Shown one piece after another: positions 56,903 through 64,000 of a stretch of DNA of 64,000 nucleotides. A model generated the notes under the pieces. It was given only the letters and a program-made list of their open reading frames with translations, was not told the origin of the DNA and made no database searches. Origin of the DNA: an uncultured Candidatus Melainabacteria bacterium (GTDB lineage Bacteria; Cyanobacteriota; Vampirovibrionia; Gastranaerophilales; Gastranaerophilaceae); assembly GCA_934728585.1 (NCBI GenBank), contig CAKVDZ010000008.1, positions 4,559-68,558 of the forward strand, read 5' to 3'. A program made the position numbers and the translations under genes. How positions within the stretch are numbered: position 1 is the stretch's first letter; the number at the start of each line of letters is the position of its first letter.

Positions 56903-58213
56903 ATGTTTAATAGAATATTCGATTTTTCTCAAAAAATTTGCAATAGACTTTATAATAACAGTTTAATTCTACAAAATATTGACTCGCTAATATTAATTTC
57001 AATATTAGCAGTCTTTATTTCGTCAACATTTGCACAATCAGAGTCAATTGGAATATTTGCAATCATAGCCACATTTTTAACATTCATTAATTTGCTAGTA
57101 AAACCTCAAGAAAAACTTACTTGTTGCAAATTTGAGTATTTTTTACTTGCATATTTTATGCTTGTAATCGTAAGTTTAGCAGGTTCAAGCTTATTTCATT
57201 TAAGTTTAAAAGGATTTTTCAAAATACTTATCTATCTAGGTTTTTACATATCTCTAATACAATATTTAAAAAATCATAAAGACAAAGCATTATGGATTAT
57301 TTTTACAATTGCTGGTTGCGTTTGTTTTGAAACGTTAAATGGACTTTTGCAAACAGTAATCCGCCCTGAAGCCATTTCAACATGGCAAGATACGTCTTAC
57401 ATCAATCCAGAAGATGTAATCAATAGAGTTTATGGGACATTAAAGCCTTATAACCCAAATTTATTTGGAGGATATCTAGTTGCAACAATCCCAACATTAC
57501 TGGCTCTTGTCGCATTTAGCACTTACAAAAAAAGTTACAAGCTAACAGCTACGCTTGGTGTGATTTTATTGTTTAGTGCGTACGTTTTACTTCAAACTGG
57601 CTGTAGAGGCTCTTACTTAGGCTTGTTTGCGATGTTCATAACACTTGCCATTTTATGCGGGAAATTACTTTGGAATAAATACAAAGAAATATATCTATCG
57701 ATAATTGGTACAATAACCGCAATCGGTACAGTCTTTGTTCTTTCTGTAGGCGCGCTTCGCTCTAGAATTTTCTCAATATTTTTGATGAGAACAGATAGTT
57801 CAAATTCATTTAGATTTAACGTTTACAACTCATGCATAGAAATGCTAAAAGACAATTGGCTATTTGGTATTGGTCTTGGAAACCAAAACTTTAGAGAAAC
57901 TTACGGATTATATATGAAAACTGGATTTGACGCATTAAGTGCATATAACATCTACCTTGAAACAGCTGTAGAAAGTGGTATTTTTGCCCTTATTTGCTTT
58001 GTAATATTTTTAGCTTTAGTGATTTACCAAGCATATAAGTTTATAACAACAACTACAGACAAAACCGCTCTTATCATAAGCGGAGTTGCCTTATTATCAA
58101 TCATTGGCTTGATGGTTCACGGCTTTGTAGATACTGTATTCTTCAGACCTCAAATTCACTTTGTGTTCTGGGCTATGGTTGCAATTATCAGAACGCAAAC
58201 AGAAGAAGCTTAA
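56903..58213 (+). CDS. O-antigen ligase/polymerase family membrane protein (Wzy_C-like)
   Basis: About 11 TM segments. The [14 protein letters not shown] loop region is typical of the family. Confidence 0.7.
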   Translation: MFNRIFDFSQKICNRLYNNSLILQNIDSLILISILAVFISSTFAQSESIGIFAIIATFLTFINLLVKPQEKLTCCKFEYFLLAYFMLVIVSLAGSSLFHLSLKGFFKILIYLGFYISLIQYLKNHKDKALWIIFTIAGCVCFETLNGLLQTVIRPEAISTWQDTSYINPEDVINRVYGTLKPYNPNLFGGYLVATIPTLLALVAFSTYKKSYKLTATLGVILLFSAYVLLQTGCRGSYLGLFAMFITLAILCGKLLWNKYKEIYLSIIGTITAIGTVFVLSVGALRSRIFSIFLMRTDSSNSFRFNVYNSCIEMLKDNWLFGIGLGNQNFRETYGLYMKTGFDALSAYNIYLETAVESGIFALICFVIFLALVIYQAYKFITTTTDKTALIISGVALLSIIGLMVHGFVDTVFFRPQIHFVFWAMVAIIRTQTEEA

Positions 58214-59163
58214 TCTAAAAATTCTTTGTATTTTTTAAGATTTTCATCAGCACGCAACTTTTTAATCGCACTACCTTCAAGTTGTCTTATACGTTCTTTC
58301 GAAAAGCCCATAATTTTCCCTAACTGTTCCAAAGTTTTAGGTTTGTCATCAATCAAGCCAAATCTATGGTGTAAAATTTTTTGTTCGCGTTTTTCTAAAT
58401 GTTGTAACATATTAGGAATACTTGCATATAAACTACTTGCTTGCGCCTGTACATCTGGAGCTTTATAGCTTTTATCCGCAATATAATCCTGCACATTCAA
58501 ATCCTCTGTAACAGGGGTATCTAAACTTATTGGCTCTTTTATAATAGCCTTTTTTATACTCTGAACTCTTTTAACAGAAATCTCCATCTTTTTTGCAATT
58601 TCCTTTTCTGTCGGCTCTCTATTAAGTTCAAAAGTCAAATCTAAAACAGCTTTTTTGTATTTTCTGATTTTATCTGTCATATGAACTGGAATTCTTATTG
58701 AACGAGAATTATTTGAAATAGCACGGATAATTGTTTGCTTTATCCACCAAGTTGCATACGTTGAAAACTTAAACTCTTTTGAATAATCAAACTTTTCCGC
58801 AGCCCTAATTAAGCCAATAGAGCCCTCTTGAACCAAGTCCATAAACAACACACCTTGCCCAATATACCTTTTTGCAATACTAATTACAAGGCGCAAATTA
58901 GCTTGAACCAATTTCTTCTTAGCCTTAATTGCGTCAATCTTAGAGCCCTCTTTTATCGTTTGTCCTAAAAACATTTCTTCTTTTGCCGATAACAACTTCG
59001 TTTTACCAACATCTTTTAAATACATTTGAAGTAAATCATCTTCTTTTGAAATGCAACTAAAAGTTTTAGGTTCTTGCGCATCTAACTTTTCATCATCTTC
59101 GCAAAAGTCAAATTCGTCCCACTTCTCAAGTAGCTCAACAGACTTTGTATTAACACAGCCCAT
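58210..59163 (-). CDS. RNA polymerase sigma factor, RpoD/SigA family (short, group-2-like)
   Basis: [52 protein letters not shown], and region 4 [19 protein letters not shown]. Confidence 0.9.
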   Translation of the reverse strand: MGCVNTKSVELLEKWDEFDFCEDDEKLDAQEPKTFSCISKEDDLLQMYLKDVGKTKLLSAKEEMFLGQTIKEGSKIDAIKAKKKLVQANLRLVISIAKRYIGQGVLFMDLVQEGSIGLIRAAEKFDYSKEFKFSTYATWWIKQTIIRAISNNSRSIRIPVHMTDKIRKYKKAVLDLTFELNREPTEKEIAKKMEISVKRVQSIKKAIIKEPISLDTPVTEDLNVQDYIADKSYKAPDVQAQASSLYASIPNMLQHLEKREQKILHHRFGLIDDKPKTLEQLGKIMGFSKERIRQLEGSAIKKLRADENLKKYKEFLD

Positions 59164-59225
59164 AATAAAAACCTCATAAATCCAACTACAAAAAATTAGA
59201 CGAACTTAATCAGTTTTTGTTTCAA

Positions 59226-59756
59226 CTATTTTTCGTAACGAGGTGGAGGTTCTTTTGTATGACTCATTTGCGCCAAAACACTACTTGGAAATGTATGAAT
59301 TAGCCAATTTAATTTATCAACTACAGTATTATAAAAATTAACTTTTTCTTCAAAAACTTGTTGCATTTGTGCAAATTCTCTTAAAGAAGATTGAAATCCA
59401 GCATTATTTTTTAATTCTGGATATCTAGAAACAGCTTCTAATAGCAAATCTATTTTTCTATCAAAATCTTTTTGCATCTCATATCTTTGAGGAGCATTCG
59501 CAATTTTAGGCGTAATTTTGTTGATATCATGCCTGATATTAAACAATTCATTAATCAAAGTCGCTTCTTTTTGCATAGTTTCTTGAGCGTAACCCAAAAT
59601 ATCTAGGATTTTTAGATTTTTTTTGATAATTAGTGCATCAACACCAGCCAATCCACGCAAAAGCAAATCCTTGTTAACTAGTAAGTCGTGATTTAATTTT
59701 ACAACATAACCAGCGTAAATAAGCAAAGCAACTAATAGAACTGTCAAAAATGTCAT
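59226..59756 (-). CDS. LemA family protein
   Basis: N-terminal TM segment; SRYPELKNNAGF...FYNTVV...FPSSVLA. Confidence 0.8.
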   Translation of the reverse strand: MTFLTVLLVALLIYAGYVVKLNHDLLVNKDLLLRGLAGVDALIIKKNLKILDILGYAQETMQKEATLINELFNIRHDINKITPKIANAPQRYEMQKDFDRKIDLLLEAVSRYPELKNNAGFQSSLREFAQMQQVFEEKVNFYNTVVDKLNWLIHTFPSSVLAQMSHTKEPPPRYEK

Positions 59757-59761
59757 CTATA

Positions 59762-61108
59762 TTATTCTCCGTCTAGTAAAATTGTTATATCACTTGATGG
59801 GCAATACGCTTTATCTGGATTATAAACAAATTGCATACGGTTTAATTCTGGAGCTTTACGTTTTAACCAATTAAAGAAATCACCTGAAACAGAAGCTTCA
59901 TGTGCAATAAATTGAGAATGCGGTAAACTTGATTTACCATAACAATTTACGTTATAACCCAATTCTTCAATTTCTGATTTTAAGCTAGAAGCTGCACCAG
60001 CAGTGGTTGAAGTATAACGAATACCAATATTATACAATTTATTATTATCCATAACCTTATCACGATAAATCATGCGGTTAATCATTTCTTGGGTCTTTTC
60101 TGGTTCTAAAATCCAATAGCTAATATAACCACGTTTATTTGGCGCTCCTGGAAGTGTTGCAAATTCAATCTTATCTACATCAATACTTTTAGCCAATGCT
60201 GCAAACTGAGAAATTTCATAGAACGATAAATCTGTTTTAACATAAGTTGTAATCGCGTCTAACATATCAGGAATTTTAGAAATAGCTTGTGGAGTTTGAA
60301 GTTTTTCCATTAAACCTTTCAAGAACCATTGTTGGCGTTGAGTTCTACCAATATCGCCTAAACCATCTTTTCTAAAACGTAAATAGCCAACAGCATTATG
60401 ACCGTCTAAAATATTTAAACCTTTAGAAAGATTTACGTGTAAATTACCTGAATAATCATGGTAATACATATTTTTTTCAACATAAATCGGAATACCACCA
60501 AGAGCATCTACAATGTGTGCTACAGCTTCATCATGAACCATTACATAGTGGTTAATTTTTATACCCAAAGTATTTTCCAATGTCTTTTTAGTCATTTCAA
60601 TTCCGCCAATAGCATGGGCAGAATTTATTTTTTGAATACCATAATCCCCAGGCAAATAAACTTTACTATCTCTCGGAACAGAAATAGCATTAATTGATTT
60701 TGTTTTTGGGTCTATATTCAAAATTATAATTGTATCTGTTCTTGCACCCCTCCAAGGGTCAGTGTTTGAACCATTTGCATCAACACCAACTAACAAAATA
60801 TTTTGTCTTTTTTGAGTAAATGGCATTGAAAAAGTTACATGCTGTTTATTCATAGAACTTTTTGGCATAATCAACAAAACTTTTGTAATAAAAGAATCTT
60901 CACCAAAAGTATTCACAATCATTTCTCTATTTTCTGACGCAATTAATAAAATCAATACAATTGCACAAAAAACAATTACTATACCAAACAAAGTTCGCGC
61001 AAAATTTGAAGTATCTTCCTTTTCTACTTTCAAATGTTTAAGAAATACACTATATTCCTCGTTTAAATCTTTTTCCTCTTGTTCTAATTTTTGATCTATA
61101 TCTGACAT
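59762..61108 (-). CDS. LytR-CpsA-Psr (LCP) family protein with a LytR_C-like C-terminal domain
   Basis: ILLVGVDANG...RTDTIIILNID...ISVPRDS. Confidence 0.85.
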   Translation of the reverse strand: MSDIDQKLEQEEKDLNEEYSVFLKHLKVEKEDTSNFARTLFGIVIVFCAIVLILLIASENREMIVNTFGEDSFITKVLLIMPKSSMNKQHVTFSMPFTQKRQNILLVGVDANGSNTDPWRGARTDTIIILNIDPKTKSINAISVPRDSKVYLPGDYGIQKINSAHAIGGIEMTKKTLENTLGIKINHYVMVHDEAVAHIVDALGGIPIYVEKNMYYHDYSGNLHVNLSKGLNILDGHNAVGYLRFRKDGLGDIGRTQRQQWFLKGLMEKLQTPQAISKIPDMLDAITTYVKTDLSFYEISQFAALAKSIDVDKIEFATLPGAPNKRGYISYWILEPEKTQEMINRMIYRDKVMDNNKLYNIGIRYTSTTAGAASSLKSEIEELGYNVNCYGKSSLPHSQFIAHEASVSGDFFNWLKRKAPELNRMQFVYNPDKAYCPSSDITILLDGE

Positions 61109-61198
61109 AATTACACACTACTTATATTAATATACTTCCTAGTAAAAATATTATAAAATAACGATAATCTAAAATCAATTAATATTACATTAGATTTA

Positions 61199-61996
61199 CT
61201 AATCTTTTACTTCTTTTTGGTAAGCCCACGCCAAATGGTCGTGAATACTTTCCATAGCTGAACATTCAACTTCAAATTCTTTAATTATATTGTTATTTCT
61301 TAACGCTAAAATCACATCGCGCAAAACATCTTCAACAAATTTTGGATTTTTGTAAGCTGATTCTGTCACAAACTTTTCATCTTCTCGTTTTAAAAGTGGA
61401 TAAACAGAACAAGACGCGCATTTTTCAATCATATCCACTAAGTCTTCAATCCAAATATGTTCTTCCCTATCGTAAGAAACTTTTACATCAATAATCGCTC
61501 TTTGATTATGAGCACCAAACTCTGAAATTTCTTTTGAACAAGGACATAACGTAGTCACAGGAACTTTTATACCTAGAGTAAACTTGTAATTTTCATTTAC
61601 AGATTTATAATTTTCTAAAAGGCTATTAAATGAACAATCATAGCACATAACAGACTCTTTACCTGAAACTGGAGCTTTTTTAGGTATAAAATACTTGAAA
61701 TTTAAAGTCAATTCGCCACTTTGAGCAGATAACTTGTCAACAATTGAAGCTATACACCCTCTTAAATCAGAGCCTAACAAATCCTTATTTTGCCATTCTG
61801 TTATCTCTTCAACAAAGCGCGACATATGAGTACCTTTATAATTTTTTGGTAAAGATACTGAAATTTTTGCCTTTGCGCACACAATTTGATTTGAGCTATT
61901 TTTTCGGCGAATATTTAAAGGAATGTCAAAATCTTTTATTCCAACTTTTTGAATATCAATTCCTCTGGAATCGTATTCATTTTGAATATCTTTCAT
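61199..61996 (-). CDS. folE2: GTP cyclohydrolase I type 2 (FolE2/MptA family)
   Basis: KGTHMSRF, TLCPCSKEIS, AHNQRA. Confidence 0.85.
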   Translation of the reverse strand: MKDIQNEYDSRGIDIQKVGIKDFDIPLNIRRKNSSNQIVCAKAKISVSLPKNYKGTHMSRFVEEITEWQNKDLLGSDLRGCIASIVDKLSAQSGELTLNFKYFIPKKAPVSGKESVMCYDCSFNSLLENYKSVNENYKFTLGIKVPVTTLCPCSKEISEFGAHNQRAIIDVKVSYDREEHIWIEDLVDMIEKCASCSVYPLLKREDEKFVTESAYKNPKFVEDVLRDVILALRNNNIIKEFEVECSAMESIHDHLAWAYQKEVKD

Positions 61997-62343
61997 TAGT
62001 CTTTAATCAATTCCATGCCACCACCAACATTATTTTCTAATGCTGTTAAAAGTTTCAAGGCAGCTTCTTTTTGAGTTTTCTTTGGTGCTACACGTAATAA
62101 TTCAATAGCTTTCATAACAATAGGGTCGTTATCGTACCAACGTTTACCTTTTCCGTGGTATTCACACATTATATCGTGAACTTTTTCAATAACTTCTGCT
62201 GCAACTTGTTCTTGCAATTGAATTACAAATTCAGCTGCTGCATCTCTTTTATCCCCAGGAGCCAATCTTAATAATTCTAAAGCTTCCTTTAATACAGGAT
62301 CTTTATCATACCAACGACGTTGTTGTGGTTTCTTTTCTTCCAT
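61996..62343 (-). CDS. Hypothetical protein with an internal duplication (two RWYD-DP...LELLR.AP units)
   Basis: RRWYDKDPVLKEALELLRLAP and KRWYDNDPIVMKAIELLRVAP. Its stop overlaps the folE2 start (TAATG). Confidence 0.6.
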   Translation of the reverse strand: MEEKKPQQRRWYDKDPVLKEALELLRLAPGDKRDAAAEFVIQLQEQVAAEVIEKVHDIMCEYHGKGKRWYDNDPIVMKAIELLRVAPKKTQKEAALKLLTALENNVGGGMELIKD

Positions 62344-62461
62344 TTATACCTCTATGTTATTTCTTTATATCTATATATATACCACAAATTTAGAAATTAA
62401 TCACATATTTGTAAAAATTTGAATGTTTTTGTTATAATTTACGTAAAAAAAGAGGTATTTT

Positions 62462-62893
62462 ATGAAATTATTATTGTTGAATGGTCCGAACTTAAATTTA
62501 TTAGGCACAAGAGAACCTGAAAAATATGGCAAAACAACATTAAAAGATATAGAAGAACATTTAAAAGAGCTTGCTCAAAAAAACAATTTCGAACTTGATT
62601 GCTATCAATCAAACCATGAGGGTGACTTAGTTGATAAAATTCAACAAGCGAAAGGTAAATATGACGGTATTATCCTAAATGCTGGCGGATACACACACAC
62701 AAGTGTTGCAATTCGTGATGCAATTTCTGGTGTGCAAGTTCCAACAGTAGAAATCCATTTAACAAATATCCACGCAAGAGAAGAATTTAGACACAACTCA
62801 CTAATTTCAGCTGTCTGCATTGGTCAAATATGTGGATTTGGCGATTATTCTTACGATTTAGGATTTAACTCAATCGTTAATTATTTAAAATAA
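62462..62893 (+). CDS. aroQ: Type II 3-dehydroquinate dehydratase
   Basis: [49 protein letters not shown]. Confidence 0.92.
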   Translation: MKLLLLNGPNLNLLGTREPEKYGKTTLKDIEEHLKELAQKNNFELDCYQSNHEGDLVDKIQQAKGKYDGIILNAGGYTHTSVAIRDAISGVQVPTVEIHLTNIHAREEFRHNSLISAVCIGQICGFGDYSYDLGFNSIVNYLK

Positions 62894-63999
62894 TTTCGAA
62901 TTAATTTCTCAATAATTTCAGAGGTTTTACCGTTTCCATATGGATTTTGAGCAGTCAAACGAGTAGCTGATTTGTCTTGAGATAAGATATTTTCACTCAA
63001 AGTCATTATTTTATCATAATCAGCGCCCACAAGAGTTGAAACACCTGCTTCTATACCCTCTTGACGTTCTGTTTCATAACGCATTACAAGAGTAGGACAA
63101 CCAAAAGTTGGGGCTTCTTCTTGAATTCCACCACTATCAGTCAAAATTAATTTTGCATTTTTTTGTAAGTAAACTAAATATGGATAATCAAGCGGAGTCA
63201 ATAAATGAACATTTTTTAGTTCTGATAATTTCGCGTGAATTTTATCCTTTACATTTGGATTTGGATGAACAGGAATTACAAATGTATGGTCAGTATATTT
63301 TACAGCTAAATCATATATTGCTTGGATAATTCTATCCAATCTTTCACCGTGATTTTCACGTCTGTGAGCTGTAATTAACACTAATTTATCATCAATATTT
63401 ATATTTTTTTCTTTAAAGAAGTTTGCAGATTTTTCAATAACTTCATCTGACAAGCAGAAAAGAGCATCAATTACAGTATTACCAGTAACTGTAATCATTT
63501 TTTCATCAATACCCTCTTTTAATAGCGCTTGTTTATTTTTTTCTGTTGGAGCAAAGTGTAATTGAGTAACTCTAGATGTCATCTGACGCATAACTTCTTC
63601 TGGGAATGGTTCATAAATATCATAAGAACGCAAACCAGCTTCAACGTGGAACACAGGAACTTTATGATAAAAACTTACTAAAGCGCCTGTTAACACTGTC
63701 ATTGTATCACCTTGAACTATTGTAGCGTCAATTTTATTTTCATTAAACACTTTTTCTAAATTCAACAAAATTCTTGATTGAATTTCAGCAAGCGGTTGAT
63801 TTTGTCGCATACAATCTAAGTTTATATCAGCTTTCAAACCAAAATATTCTAGAGTTTGGTTAGAAAGTTCTTTTTGTTGTTCTGTATTGCATACAATTAC
63901 GTTGTAATCCTCGTGTTTGCGCAATTCAAGAATAACTGGAGCTAACTTAATAACTTCAGGTCTTGTACCAAACACTACTAATATATTTTTCATGTCCAT
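62881..63999 (-). CDS. wecB: UDP-N-acetylglucosamine 2-epimerase (non-hydrolysing)
   Basis: [33 protein letters not shown]. The start is 1 nt from the window end. Confidence 0.9.
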   Translation of the reverse strand: MDMKNILVVFGTRPEVIKLAPVILELRKHEDYNVIVCNTEQQKELSNQTLEYFGLKADINLDCMRQNQPLAEIQSRILLNLEKVFNENKIDATIVQGDTMTVLTGALVSFYHKVPVFHVEAGLRSYDIYEPFPEEVMRQMTSRVTQLHFAPTEKNKQALLKEGIDEKMITVTGNTVIDALFCLSDEVIEKSANFFKEKNINIDDKLVLITAHRRENHGERLDRIIQAIYDLAVKYTDHTFVIPVHPNPNVKDKIHAKLSELKNVHLLTPLDYPYLVYLQKNAKLILTDSGGIQEEAPTFGCPTLVMRYETERQEGIEAGVSTLVGADYDKIMTLSENILSQDKSATRLTAQNPYGNGKTSEIIEKLIRNYFK

Positions 64000-64000
64000 A

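Overview
This is a dense, AT-rich chromosomal window (about one-third G+C by eye). It holds roughly 75 protein genes on both strands and 2 tRNA genes (Lys-UUU, and a CAU tRNA that is Met or Ile2). I found no rRNA, no CRISPR array and no recognisable transposase, integrase or phage gene. Most genes are housekeeping and can be named from motifs in the supplied translations:
- DNA repair: pcrA/uvrD.
- MEP pathway: ispF, dxr.
- Folate/pterin: folP, folE2.
- Translation: rpsT, rpsP, pth, miaA.
- Central metabolism: pgi, trxB, gcvPB, aroQ, a GH57 glucan branching enzyme.
- Envelope: lptB, lptF/G, gmhA, heptose kinase, O-antigen-ligase-like, wecB, LCP, cytidylyltransferase.
- Two sigma-70 family factors.
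LPS export implies a diderm, and adhE + Rex + [FeFe] hydrogenases imply a fermentative anaerobe. Together with GH57 and the prepilin-like proteins, this would fit a Melainabacteria-like gut organism. That is inference and cannot be verified without a database search.
Most worth a second look:
1. A histidine kinase / CheY / catalytically degenerate PilB-GspE-like trio (47683..51457).
2. A prepilin-like gene with an abnormal 72-residue leader, a GC-rich patch, and a 15-bp perfect inverted repeat bracketing its mature-coding region (16840..17904).
3. adhE, rex and an hfs-like sensory [FeFe]-hydrogenase/PP2C module on one strand (32898..41291).
4. A pair of overlapping WYL-type regulators (30691..32611).
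5. Several lineage-specific paralog families and small unannotated elements.
Nothing here looks like a classical defence island or mobile element. All family assignments are from motifs read by eye; no search was run.
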